Below the pieces are notes generated by a model, which was not told the origin of the DNA, did not search any database, and saw only the letters and a program-made list of their open reading frames with translations. 64,000 nucleotides of DNA from an uncultured Nitrospiraceae bacterium (GTDB lineage: Bacteria; Nitrospirota; Thermodesulfovibrionia; Thermodesulfovibrionales; Dissulfurispiraceae): assembly GCA_963727805.1 (NCBI GenBank), contig CAVSHF010000005.1, positions 1,024,001 through 1,088,000 on the forward strand, given 5' to 3'. Below, piece after piece: positions 51,727 through 63,960 of the stretch (position 1 is its first letter; each line of letters begins with the position of its first letter). A program made the translations under genes and the position numbers.

Positions 51727-51737
51727 GGAGGTGTGAA

Positions 51738-53399
51738 ATGAAAAGAAACATGATACACAAATACCGACCATACCCCATTGTAAGTCTGCCGAACCGAATG
51801 TGGCCATCACGGACGATCACAAAGCCTCCACTCTGGTGTAGCGTAGATCTACGGGACGGCAACCAAGCGCTTAGAGTACCGATGAGCGTCGATGAAAAGA
51901 GAGAAATGTTTCGCCTGCTCATTGAAATGGGGTTCAAAGAGATCGAAGTCGGATTTCCCTCAGCTTCACAAACGGAATATGATTTCGTGCGCCTGCTAAT
52001 CGAGAAGGAACTCATTCCGAAAGATGTCACAATCCAGGTGCTTACTCAGGCGCGGGAGCCTTTGATAAAAAAGACCTTCGCTGCCCTTCAAGGGTCCGAG
52101 CGTGCATGTGTGCATCTCTATAACTCCACGTCCGAACTCCAGCGGAGAGTCGTATTCGGGATGGGGAGAAAAGAGATTGTCGAACTCGCTGTTCGGGGTG
52201 CTGTCTCAATCAGGGAGGAAGCTGAAAAAATGGTTGGCACGGATATCCGCTTCCAATATTCTCCTGAAAGCTTCACCGGCACGGAACAAGACTTTGCTAT
52301 CGATATATGTGAAGCTGTCATGGATGTCTGGGAACCTGCTGCTGATAAGAAAGTGATACTGAACATCCCTGCCACTGTGGAGATGTCAACACCTAATATC
52401 TATGCCGACCGGGTTGAATGGTTCTGTCGCACAATAAAGGACCGTGACAAAGTGATCATTAGCGTTCATGCTCACAATGACAGAGGAACCGCTATAGCAT
52501 CAACGGAACTTGCGCTACTTGCAGGGGCCGAGCGAGTTGAAGGTACCCTCTTCGGAAACGGCGAACGCACCGGCAATGTCGATATCGTCACGGTCGCATT
52601 GAATATGTTCTCACAAGGCATCAATCCACATCTTGATTTGAGTGATATCTTCAAGATCGTGGGAGTGTACGAACGATGCACGAAGATTCCTGTGCATGTC
52701 CGCCATCCTTACGCTGGAGAGCTTGTTTACACTGCATTTTCTGGATCGCATCAGGACGCGATTAACAAAGGAATGAAACTCTTTCGCGAAAGATCGGACT
52801 TGTGGGAAGTCCCTTATCTGCCGATAGATCCGGCAGATGTGGGACGCACTTATGAATCGATTATCCGTATCAACAGCCAGTCCGGCAAGGGCGGTGTTGC
52901 ATACCTTCTGGCAAAGGAATATGGTCTCAACATCCCGAGGGAGATGCAGCCCGAATTCGGCTGCGTCATTCAGGCAATATCCGAGAGAACAGGCAGCGAG
53001 GTGACCTCCTCGATGATATGGGACGCCTTCGAACAAAGGTATCTGGGGGCTAATACTCCCTATTTGCTGGGCAAATTCCGGCTTAGCCAGAATGATGGCG
53101 ACTCTGTCGAGATCAATGCAGTAGTCTGCACGAACAGCAACAACAGGGAGATTACCGGGAAAGGAAACGGGCCTATCGACGCGTTCAGCAACGCCCTGCA
53201 AAAACATCTCAGCATTAACTTCAGACTGCTCTCATATTACGAACACGCCATTGAAAAAGGCTCGGATTCGAGGGCAGCAGCCTATATCCAGATAGAAGCG
53301 GACGCTGGATTCTTCTGGGGGGCCGGTATCGATACCAACATTGACAGGGCTTCATTCAAGGCAATGCTCAGCGCATTGAATAGATCGAGGGCAACGTGA
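51738..53399 (+). CDS. leuA: 2-isopropylmalate synthase
   Basis: WCSVDLRDGNQAL, HAHNDRG, FGNGERTGN, SGSHQDAI, GNGPID. Confidence 0.97.
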   Translation: MKRNMIHKYRPYPIVSLPNRMWPSRTITKPPLWCSVDLRDGNQALRVPMSVDEKREMFRLLIEMGFKEIEVGFPSASQTEYDFVRLLIEKELIPKDVTIQVLTQAREPLIKKTFAALQGSERACVHLYNSTSELQRRVVFGMGRKEIVELAVRGAVSIREEAEKMVGTDIRFQYSPESFTGTEQDFAIDICEAVMDVWEPAADKKVILNIPATVEMSTPNIYADRVEWFCRTIKDRDKVIISVHAHNDRGTAIASTELALLAGAERVEGTLFGNGERTGNVDIVTVALNMFSQGINPHLDLSDIFKIVGVYERCTKIPVHVRHPYAGELVYTAFSGSHQDAINKGMKLFRERSDLWEVPYLPIDPADVGRTYESIIRINSQSGKGGVAYLLAKEYGLNIPREMQPEFGCVIQAISERTGSEVTSSMIWDAFEQRYLGANTPYLLGKFRLSQNDGDSVEINAVVCTNSNNREITGKGNGPIDAFSNALQKHLSINFRLLSYYEHAIEKGSDSRAAAYIQIEADAGFFWGAGIDTNIDRASFKAMLSALNRSRAT

Positions 53400-53432
53400 T
53401 AAAAACAGCTCTCTCGCGCTGATCAATTTTAA

Positions 53433-53461
53433 TTGACAAGTGTCCGCAAAAGAGCTATGCT
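53433..53461 (+). promoter_or_regulatory. Sigma-70 promoter with no ORF directly downstream
   Basis: TTGACA-N17-TATGCT. Confidence 0.65.
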
Positions 53462-53467
53462 TATTTT

Positions 53468-53640
53468 ATAGCCTAACAGGTGGTGACGCCCTCTTCCTGC
53501 AGTGGCAGGAGATTCTCGGCACTATCGAGACAAGACGAGCGAGCGAAGCACCGCCTGCTTTAATTGAGCATTGATTCTCGAAGGTCCATGTCACTTTGCT
53601 ATACCCGGAAGTGGATGGCGTGAGGATTGATATGCCTCAA
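53468..53640 (+). ncRNA. Candidate structured RNA, family not recognised
   Basis: CAGGTGGTG/CACCGCCTG closing stem around two hairpins, then a second long imperfect hairpin. Confidence 0.4.
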
Positions 53641-53724
53641 TGGCTTGTTCATCCAACCACAATGTTTTCATTATATCCAGTCCCAATAACACCGCGTATT
53701 CAGGTATTCTGATATAATTTAAAC

Positions 53725-56249
<2,525 letters not shown>

Positions 56250-56546
56250 CTCTGCTTCCCCCGGTAACATACACCCTGAATTTAGTGATTCACGTACTAA
56301 GCCTATTTCCCGAGGATATTTGTCTTTATATTATGGCTGCGAAGCCGCAGATGGGTTTTAATTAGTGATTAGTCCGGACTCGGGTCAGGCAAAACAGACA
56401 AGGGGGACTCATATCACTCCAATGGGACTTACCGTGAAATAGAAATAGCAAGAAAAACAGATTTGATCAGGACATGCTTGCTTCCCTGAAGCCAGCACGT
56501 TGAATCGTGATATAATTGTACATAGCTTCCGGAGGGACATCAATTT

Positions 56547-57887
56547 ATGCCGCACACTGAAATAGAATACTTAGGCGCAGGAAGCTTGTACATCAGCGGT
56601 CGGCGGACTCTTATTCTTAGAGCTTTACTCGGCACCTGCGTCGGCGTCTCACTCTTTGATCGCACCGCCCAGATTGGCGGAATACTTCATCTTCTCCTTC
56701 CCGAACCGATTGGCTCTGGGAATCCCTGGCAGCCTGAGAGTTACGCATCAACTGGTCTGCCCCTGTTCATCGAGCAGCTTTGCAAAGCCGGCGCCAAAAA
56801 AGAAAGGCTCGAGGCCTTCATTGCAGGAGGCGCGTTAATAGGAAACGTGTCAGAACAGGATCTTGATCTCGACATCGGGGGGCGGACGTCCGACGTCGTT
56901 ATAAACATTCTGACCCGTGAGGCAATCCAGATCAGGGAATCCGAAACAGGCGGTGTACACGGCATGGTCCTCAGCCTGGACCTGGACACGTGGGAATGCG
57001 AAATTAAACCTGTGGTCCAGCCGCCGTCCGGAATCGAAACAGAAATAGAGAAACCAACTACAGAGGAAATTGGGCGTGCTATAGCACATGTGCGCCCTGT
57101 CCCACAAGTTGCACTTAAAATAATCCGAATGATAGCCGATAATCGTTACAGTCTGCAGGATGTGGCCACGGAAGTGCGTCAAGATCAGATTATCACCGCG
57201 AAAGTGTTGAAGTTGTGCAATTCAGCCATGATAGGTCGGCAGACGCACATAGATTCAGTGGACGAGGCCCTCATGATTCTCGGTGAAAAAATGCTGCTTC
57301 TGATGATAATGTCCTCCTCCATGCATTTTTTCTTCCCTGAATCTGAGCACGGATATTCCTTGGGCAAAGGGAGACTCTATCAACATGCCATAGGTACAGC
57401 TTTAGTAGCTGAGAAACTGGCACGGACAACTGGAAGGTGCAGTCCTATCGTTGCTTACACGGCAGGTCTTTTGCATGATATCGGAAAAGTTGTTCTTGAT
57501 TGTTTCGTAGCCCGGAACTACCCTCTCTTCTACCGTCGTACCCAGAGTGAGATTGTTAATCTGGAGGAAGCAGAATTGGAGATTCTCGGTATCGGGCATC
57601 CGGAAGTCGGCGGAAGACTGGCAACTCTATGGTCAATCCCTGAGAATCTGGTCGAAGCGATTCGATACCACCACCAGCCTGAAAAAGCGACGCATGCCAT
57701 GGAACTAACCCATATTGTCTGTCTGGCCGACCTTATCGTATCCAGATTCTGGACGAGCCAGGCACTGGCACGTCAAAACACTGACTCGCTCATCTCGTGT
57801 CTCAAAAAACTTGAGCTGAACGCTCATCACCTTCGTACTGTTGTGGACGGTGTCCCATGGAATGTCCTGAACAGTCTGAGACCTTAG
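56547..57887 (+). CDS. CheD-HDOD fusion protein
   Basis: LGTCVGV..GGILHLLLP, ETGG (CheD); LKLCNSA, AGLLHDIGK, W.IP, HHQP (HDOD). Confidence 0.88.
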   Translation: MPHTEIEYLGAGSLYISGRRTLILRALLGTCVGVSLFDRTAQIGGILHLLLPEPIGSGNPWQPESYASTGLPLFIEQLCKAGAKKERLEAFIAGGALIGNVSEQDLDLDIGGRTSDVVINILTREAIQIRESETGGVHGMVLSLDLDTWECEIKPVVQPPSGIETEIEKPTTEEIGRAIAHVRPVPQVALKIIRMIADNRYSLQDVATEVRQDQIITAKVLKLCNSAMIGRQTHIDSVDEALMILGEKMLLLMIMSSSMHFFFPESEHGYSLGKGRLYQHAIGTALVAEKLARTTGRCSPIVAYTAGLLHDIGKVVLDCFVARNYPLFYRRTQSEIVNLEEAELEILGIGHPEVGGRLATLWSIPENLVEAIRYHHQPEKATHAMELTHIVCLADLIVSRFWTSQALARQNTDSLISCLKKLELNAHHLRTVVDGVPWNVLNSLRP

Positions 57888-58007
57888 TCCTCCCAATCCA
57901 ATACATTAAATTTTCTTTAAAATTCGCTAAGATCTAAAAGACAGCCTTATAAGGGCATATGGATATGCTTTTGGGCAAGGCGGCCCGTACTTGTCGCGGA
58001 CATAGAA

Positions 58008-58196
58008 ATGGAGGACTTTGCATTCAATTATGGAGAGGGTTCAAATCTGAGGATCGATGCATATGAGCACGTGCTCTACAACTGCACCCAAGGAAACCAG
58101 ACGCTTTTCGTAAGGACCGTCGAAGTCACAGCAGCCTGGGAATATATCACTTCAATCCTGAACAACTGGGCCGAGATAGGGAAGCGCAGGGCCTGA
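58008..58196 (+). pseudogene. zwf: C-terminal remnant of glucose-6-phosphate dehydrogenase
   Basis: DAYEHVLYNCTQGNQTLFVRTVEVTAAWEYITSIL resembles the G6PD C-terminal motif; rest absent. Confidence 0.7.
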
Positions 58197-58249
58197 TATC
58201 AGCCTCGGATGCTACCGATCGGGTTCCCCCGTTTGACTTCTTATTATGC

Positions 58250-58468
58250 CTATTTGCTCTCCTTTTTCGCCTCTACATTTTTCGCCTCTTCATTTTTCAG
58301 AGCTTCTTCTTTAGGTGGTGTTACATCAATATGCTCCTGGTCCGACACCCCTTTCTTGAAATTCCTGATTGCCTCTCCAATGCCTTTCCCGATCTCAGGC
58401 AATTTCCTACCGCCGAACAGCACGGCTACTATCGCCAGGACCACTAAAAGATCTTGTGTGCTTAACAT
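58250..58468 (-). CDS. tatA: Twin-arginine translocase TatA/TatE subunit
   Basis: [24 protein letters not shown]. Confidence 0.95.
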   Translation of the reverse strand: MLSTQDLLVVLAIVAVLFGGRKLPEIGKGIGEAIRNFKKGVSDQEHIDVTPPKEEALKNEEAKNVEAKKESK

Positions 58469-58559
58469 AGTCCCCTCTTTGTCTCTTTTTTGGTTTGCAT
58501 ATCTTATTTATGTTGTATTATATATTATAAATTTGGCAAGCGTCATCGAACCCCGCATC

Positions 58560-59141
58560 ATGATATCTACTGAAATATTGGAATATCTTATCAGGACTTA
58601 CGGCTACTGGGCATTGCTGGCCGGCACCTTCCTCGAAGGCGAAACGATATTAATGCTTGGCGGACTCAGTGCGAAGCTAGGATACTTGGATTTGTCTCTG
58701 GTCATGGTGGTCGCATTCATCGGGAGTTTTTCGGGAGACCAGTTTTATTTCTTCATCGGCCGGTGGAAAGGTGCACAATTGCTAGTGCAGCATCCCAAAT
58801 GGCACGGGAGGGTGGAAAGGGTACACTGCTATCTCCAGCGCTACCACGATTTCATTATGGTCGGATTCAGATTTGTCTACGGCATCCGCATCATGACACC
58901 CTTTGTATTAGCCATGAATCTCAAGATTAAAACGAGTCGCTTTGTTGTTTTAAATGCCATTGGAGCAGCTTTATGGTCTATCATTGTTGCCGGAGGAGGC
59001 TACCTCTTCGGGCACGCGCTCGAATTGGTCCTCAATGACATCAAGCACTATGAAGTATCGATTATGATCGGAGCCTCCGCCATCGGCCTGGGGATTTGGC
59101 TGCTACACAGGTACCTCAGCAGGAAGAACAAAATTTGTTAG
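58560..59141 (+). CDS. DedA family membrane protein
   Basis: YGYWALLAGTFLEGE, GDQFYFFIGR, RFVYGIR; start moved to 58560. Confidence 0.92.
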   Translation: MISTEILEYLIRTYGYWALLAGTFLEGETILMLGGLSAKLGYLDLSLVMVVAFIGSFSGDQFYFFIGRWKGAQLLVQHPKWHGRVERVHCYLQRYHDFIMVGFRFVYGIRIMTPFVLAMNLKIKTSRFVVLNAIGAALWSIIVAGGGYLFGHALELVLNDIKHYEVSIMIGASAIGLGIWLLHRYLSRKNKIC

Positions 59142-59172
59142 TGCACTTTCTGGTGTTTGCTGGTGATCTATA

Positions 59173-59883
59173 CTAACTCGGATCGCCAGTGCTTGCAACT
59201 TGCACGTGCAACTGCAAAAGCTCTTGTGTCCTTTTGACCGCACCTGTGAGATACTCCCAGAATTTCTCAGGAATAAGCCATCTGATGCCAAGCTTTTCAG
59301 CCCATTTTATGAGTCCTTGATCGGCCGTTACAAGAAGTGCATCGAGCTCCATGGCCAGCAGAAGCAGATCAACATCTTCTTTGCTATCGATGATCCCTTC
59401 CCTTAAGGCTTCGCGGTATTTCTTGCGCATATCCTGAATGATTTCATCGATTTTTTTCTTTTCAGTGCTTCGCACTGCTGACTCGGCAACTCTGAGCCCG
59501 CGGTTAACACGATCCCGCATGTCCTCAATAAGCTCGTACAGGAGAAACGCCGGACATTTGAGCTCATGTTTTTTAGGCGGCTTCTGTCGCAAAAAGAGTA
59601 GCAGTTCCCCGGTAATCCGATCCTTTTCGACAAAATTGAGAAGTTCCTGGAATGTCGAAGGTGGCATATAGAACTCGATGATATGAATCTGGGCAGCCAT
59701 AAAGAGAAATGTTTCAAGTGCCTCGGTCGGTGTTCTCCCGAGACTTGTTCTTACATCGGGATTGACAAAGAGACTCGTGTCGAGAACGACCTTCTCCATA
59801 GGGAGAATGGCTGACGGTATGCTTTCCCGCACGTCGCCACTCTGCTCCTCTTTAATTTTCTTATCTGTTGAGGTATTGTTCAT
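59173..59883 (-). CDS. HARP, protein-only RNase P (Aq_880 homolog, PIN-like)
   Basis: VLDTSLF, YMPPS, RVNRGLRVAE, YREALREGIIDSKEDVD, TADQG..WAEKLG; start 59883 or 59799. Confidence 0.9.
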   Translation of the reverse strand: MNNTSTDKKIKEEQSGDVRESIPSAILPMEKVVLDTSLFVNPDVRTSLGRTPTEALETFLFMAAQIHIIEFYMPPSTFQELLNFVEKDRITGELLLFLRQKPPKKHELKCPAFLLYELIEDMRDRVNRGLRVAESAVRSTEKKKIDEIIQDMRKKYREALREGIIDSKEDVDLLLLAMELDALLVTADQGLIKWAEKLGIRWLIPEKFWEYLTGAVKRTQELLQLHVQVASTGDPS

Positions 59884-59905
59884 GTCTTAACGAGGTGATG
59901 CTTCC

Positions 59906-61201
59906 CTATACGTCCAGAGCGAAAGTATTCCATGCTCCGCATCCTGGGCACCTGCCAAACCAGTCGGCAGAGGTGGAGCCGCATACGCTGCAGCGGTAAG
60001 GAATGCCCGGCGTATGTCCTGTTTCGACGGCCATTCTAAACTCCTCCATGGCACGGCTGATCTGATCACGCTTGCGGTAGAGTTCACCTCTGACTACAAA
60101 GAGTTCCGGATTAGAATAAACGTTTATATCTATAGATTCCAGAGTCTTGATAGCATCATCCAACATCTCCAGACGGGAATAAAGTTTTCCGAGCATGAAT
60201 TTAAGGCCGTTGTCCTGAGGGGCCCGCGCAAGAGCATTCCGGTAGAAGCGAAGCAGTCTTCCGGGTTCGCCAACAGAAATAAGCAGGTCTTCGAGACGTG
60301 CCCGAATTATGGCCGAATGGAGTGTCTCGTAACTCTTTTCGAGAAAATTGATCGCCTCCTCGGCCTCTCCCCTAGTCTCCATCACCTCGGCAAGACCAAG
60401 GTAAGCGGGAAGAAAGGAAGCGTCTGTCTTCAGCAGCGTTCTGAAGGCTTTTTCGGCCTTCTCGATCTCGCCGCCTTCGAGGCTCGAACGACCGTATTCG
60501 TATTTGTATCCGAGCTGCTTTTTCTCCTCCCTCTGTTTTTCTTTTTCGCTTTGCGCGAGCTTGATGATCGTTTTCTGGAGCGAGTGGAGCTCATCCCACA
60601 TCTCCTTCTTTTCGAGGATTGCCTGTTTTTTATAGAGCGCAGTGAGGTTGTTGCCGTCTAGATCGAGTATCTCATCGATGAGTTTCAAGGCGCTATCGTT
60701 GTGACCGGATTTCTCCAACACAGACTCCATGGACAGAAGAGTCAGGAGGTTCTTCGGACTGATGTCCCGTGCATTCCGGTAGAAACCAAGAGCTGTGGCA
60801 TAATCCTCGTTCCTGAAGGCGATGTCGCCGAGCCTAAGCAGTGCGTCAATATGTTCGGGGTCTTCTTTGAGTATGTCCTTGAGGGCATCCCTGGCATCTT
60901 CATCTCTATTACCAAGAATAGCGTTAAGTGCCTTGGCATAATATTCCTGTATTCTGCCCTCTTTCTTTTGGCGCCTCTGGAGCTGCATCGTGTCGATCAC
61001 CCGTTTCGTATCACGAATGAACACGAGTACCAACACCACGGCGGCACCCACGACCGTCGATAGGACCGCAAGCACGAACTTGGGGGTTTCATAAGTGCTG
61101 CCGAAAGGCACCTTGACGAATACCATATCCTTATTCTCCATGCCGAAGAACCCGATGATCGCGAGAATCAAGAGAAAAAAGAATATCGCTATTTTGCCCA
61201 T
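59906..61201 (-). CDS. lapB: LapB-like TPR/rubredoxin protein with LapA-like N-terminus
   Basis: Two N-terminal TM helices, TPRs, YRCSVCG..WFGRCPGCGAWNT. Confidence 0.75.
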   Translation of the reverse strand: MGKIAIFFFLLILAIIGFFGMENKDMVFVKVPFGSTYETPKFVLAVLSTVVGAAVVLVLVFIRDTKRVIDTMQLQRRQKKEGRIQEYYAKALNAILGNRDEDARDALKDILKEDPEHIDALLRLGDIAFRNEDYATALGFYRNARDISPKNLLTLLSMESVLEKSGHNDSALKLIDEILDLDGNNLTALYKKQAILEKKEMWDELHSLQKTIIKLAQSEKEKQREEKKQLGYKYEYGRSSLEGGEIEKAEKAFRTLLKTDASFLPAYLGLAEVMETRGEAEEAINFLEKSYETLHSAIIRARLEDLLISVGEPGRLLRFYRNALARAPQDNGLKFMLGKLYSRLEMLDDAIKTLESIDINVYSNPELFVVRGELYRKRDQISRAMEEFRMAVETGHTPGIPYRCSVCGSTSADWFGRCPGCGAWNTFALDV

Positions 61202-61641
61202 TAGTGGTGATACTCCTTACCCTTTAAGATCGTGAAGGCCCGGTAAAGCTGCTCCAGGAACAGCAGCCGCGCCATCTCATGCGTCAGAGTCATTCTCGAA
61301 AGGGAGATGCTCCCTATCGCTTGCTCTTTCACTTCAACGGCTACTCCAAAAGGCCCGCCGATAACGAAATCGACGGCATCCTTTCCTTTCAGAAAATGAG
61401 CAAACTCAACCGAGGTGAGTTCCCTCCCCTTTTCGTCGAGAAGGTAATAGCCCCCGGTCTGTTTCATGATCTTCCTTGCCTCGATGGCCAAGGCTGCTTC
61501 CTTCTGCCTGCCCTTCTCTTCCTTGATTTCAACCAGTGACATCTGTGACATCGGGCTCAATAGCTTGAGGCAATGGTTAATTCCCTCGCTGAGATACCGT
61601 TCCTTCGTCTTTCCGACCCAGATTATTTTTATTTTCGCCAT
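61201..61641 (-). CDS. rlmH: 23S rRNA m3Psi1915 methyltransferase
   Basis: LDEKG..TS.EFA, FVIGGPFG, SLSRMT.HE.ARL..EQLYRA..YHH; start at 61641. Confidence 0.96.
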   Translation of the reverse strand: MAKIKIIWVGKTKERYLSEGINHCLKLLSPMSQMSLVEIKEEKGRQKEAALAIEARKIMKQTGGYYLLDEKGRELTSVEFAHFLKGKDAVDFVIGGPFGVAVEVKEQAIGSISLSRMTLTHEMARLLFLEQLYRAFTILKGKEYHH

Positions 61642-61978
61642 TGTAGGATATTCTCGGAGCATCGAGCCAGAATTTTTCGAGCTCGTAAAAGGCCCTCGTC
61701 TCCTGCTCAAAGATGTGAATAACAACATCCCCGTAATCTATCAATATCCAGTGGGCATTATCGCGGCCTTCGACACCAATAGGTCTTATGTCGTCTTCAC
61801 GCAGTTTATGCTCGATATTATCGGCTATCGCCTTGACCTGGGTGGTGCTTGTTCCGGAACAGATTACGAAGTAATCTGCAATCACTGTGAGGTCTTTAAG
61901 TTCGAGGATTATCGTATCTTTTGACTTTTTGTCGAGTGCTGCCTCTGCGGCTTTTATACTCTTTGCCTTGCTTTCTAT
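61577..61978 (-). CDS. rsfS: Ribosome silencing factor, probable ATA start
   Basis: DKKSKD..IADYFVICSG, WILIDYGDVVIHIF, FYELEKFW; frame extends to ATA 61978, 8 nt after AAGGAG. Confidence 0.92.
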   Translation of the reverse strand: MESKAKSIKAAEAALDKKSKDTIILELKDLTVIADYFVICSGTSTTQVKAIADNIEHKLREDDIRPIGVEGRDNAHWILIDYGDVVIHIFEQETRAFYELEKFWLDAPRISYNGENKNNLGRKDEGTVSQRGN

Positions 61979-62016
61979 TTGATTAGCTCCTTTCGATAAG
62001 TGTTGTAACTATTATA

Positions 62017-62763
62017 TCAAACTTTGCCAGTCGTTTTGTTTTTTTCAGCCAAAAATTGAACAAGGGCTACCGCGACCATTGAAGCTGTCTCTGCGCGCAG
62101 TATCCGTGGACCCAAGGTCGCTCTAAGAAAGTTGCGTGATTCAGCCATCTCCACCTCGGACTGCATGAATCCCCCTTCCGGTCCGATACATAAAAACAAG
62201 GGGGCCTCGGTCGGTCCGATCTTCTCCAATGCTACATCCGGAGAAAGCCCTCCCCTTTCCCAAAAAATAATGCCTTGCGGAGATTCTGCCGAAATGGAGG
62301 TTTCAAAAAAATCGGCGAATTTCTGAGGCTCGCTGATCCCCGGGACTACAGACCGTCCGCACTGTTCGGCGGCCTCTTCGGCGATCTTCCGCCACCGCGG
62401 CGTCTTCCTCGTCTCCTTCACCTGACAACACCCTGATATCAAGGGAATGACTTGCTTTATGCCAAGTTCAGTCGTCTTCTGAATAACTAAATCCATCTTC
62501 TCCCCCCTCAAAATCCCCTGGCAGAGGACGAGGTTAGCGGAAGATTCAGTATCTATCATGAACTCCTGAATAATATCGATTGATACGCTCTTTTTCTGAA
62601 TCCCCGCTATCTTTGCAAGATACGACCTGCCTCGTCCGTCGAAAACGGTGATTTCATCGTCTTTTTTACACCTTATCACGGAAACAACATGGCGCGCTTT
62701 GTCGGATGGCAGAAGGATTCCGGTCTTTTTTGCTATGGCTTCAGGTGAAAGATATATTCTCAT
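62017..62763 (-). CDS. rsmE: 16S rRNA m3U1498 methyltransferase
   Basis: QKTTELG, EAAEQCGR, IGPEGGF, LGPRILRAETA. Confidence 0.97.
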   Translation of the reverse strand: MRIYLSPEAIAKKTGILLPSDKARHVVSVIRCKKDDEITVFDGRGRSYLAKIAGIQKKSVSIDIIQEFMIDTESSANLVLCQGILRGEKMDLVIQKTTELGIKQVIPLISGCCQVKETRKTPRWRKIAEEAAEQCGRSVVPGISEPQKFADFFETSISAESPQGIIFWERGGLSPDVALEKIGPTEAPLFLCIGPEGGFMQSEVEMAESRNFLRATLGPRILRAETASMVAVALVQFLAEKNKTTGKV

Positions 62764-62781
62764 GCAATGGACGCAGCACTG

Positions 62782-63897
62782 TTACATCGAAAAGATATCC
62801 TTTAATTTCCCCTTGAAGCCCTTCGTCGATTCATCGTGCATCTCACCGCTTATCATCGCAAACTCCTCGAGGAGCTCTTTCTGACGCGGGGTCAGCTTCT
62901 TCGGTACTTCGATTGACACTCTCACGACCTGGTCACCTCTTTGATGGCTGCCGATTCTCGGGATTCCCTTGCCCTTCAAATGGAAAAGCTTGCCAGAAGG
63001 GGTGGCAGCCGGGACCTTCAGTTTTGCGGTACCATCCAGAGTGGGCACCTCGACCTCTCCCCCCAGTACTGCAGTGGTAAAGGCGGTCGGGAAATCGCAG
63101 TAAATATTCATCCCCTCACGCTTGAAATATCGGTGTTCTTCGACAGTGAGCACAACATAAAGATCTCCTGGAGGACCGCCGAAACTGCCAAAATCGCCCT
63201 CGCCGCTGATTCTCAGGCGTGAATCGGTATCGACGCCCGCAGGAATCTTGACAAGAATATCCTTCTGTGCCCTAACCTTACCTTCGCCCCTACAGGTCGT
63301 GCAGGGATTGGTAATGATACTACCACTGCCATGGCATTTACTGCATGGCCGCGAAACGCTGAAAAAGCCCTGCTGAAAGCGGATATGCCCCGTGCCCTTA
63401 CAGGTCGCGCATGTCACCGGAGGCTTGCCCGGCTGGGCGCCGGAACCGCTGCACAAGTCGCAGGTCTGCCACCGTGGTATCTTTAGGCTCTTCTCGGTCC
63501 CAAAGGCGGCCTCTTCGAGGGTTATGGTAAGATTGTACCTAAGATCCGCACCCTTTGTCGGTCTTTGTTTCTTTGAACCGCTGGAGCCGCCAAAGAAGTC
63601 TTCGAAGAGATCCTCAAAGATGTCAGTAAAGGGCGTGCCCGCACCGAATCCGCCGAACCCTCCCGCGCCTGCCGTATTGTAACCCTCAGCGGTACCGTAC
63701 CGATCGTAATGTGCCCGCCTTTCGGCGTCACTCAGGCATGTGTATGCCTCATTGATCTCTTTGAATTTTTCTTCTGATTCTTTTTCGCCCTGATTCCTGT
63801 CCGGATGGAACTTGAGAGCGAGCTGCCGGTAAGCCTTTTTCAGCTCATCCGGCGTGGCATCACGGCTAACTCCGAGAATCTTATAATAATCGGGCAT
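62782..63897 (-). CDS. dnaJ: Chaperone DnaJ
   Basis: HPD J-domain, G/F region, four CxxCxGxG repeats. Confidence 0.98.
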   Translation of the reverse strand: MPDYYKILGVSRDATPDELKKAYRQLALKFHPDRNQGEKESEEKFKEINEAYTCLSDAERRAHYDRYGTAEGYNTAGAGGFGGFGAGTPFTDIFEDLFEDFFGGSSGSKKQRPTKGADLRYNLTITLEEAAFGTEKSLKIPRWQTCDLCSGSGAQPGKPPVTCATCKGTGHIRFQQGFFSVSRPCSKCHGSGSIITNPCTTCRGEGKVRAQKDILVKIPAGVDTDSRLRISGEGDFGSFGGPPGDLYVVLTVEEHRYFKREGMNIYCDFPTAFTTAVLGGEVEVPTLDGTAKLKVPAATPSGKLFHLKGKGIPRIGSHQRGDQVVRVSIEVPKKLTPRQKELLEEFAMISGEMHDESTKGFKGKLKDIFSM

Positions 63898-63960
63898 AGG
63901 TTAAATAAAACCTCACAAATTAAAGAGTAAAATACCTTGAATCACTATTTTACAATAATT

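Noticed and set aside
53575..53630. SRP RNA-like words (CCATGTCA, CCGGAAG)
   Set aside because: Spacing and the GGAAGCAGC helix-8 motif do not fit.
58209..58559. Long N-terminal extension of DedA in the ORF track
   Set aside because: It is the antisense of tatA; homology begins at ATG 58560.
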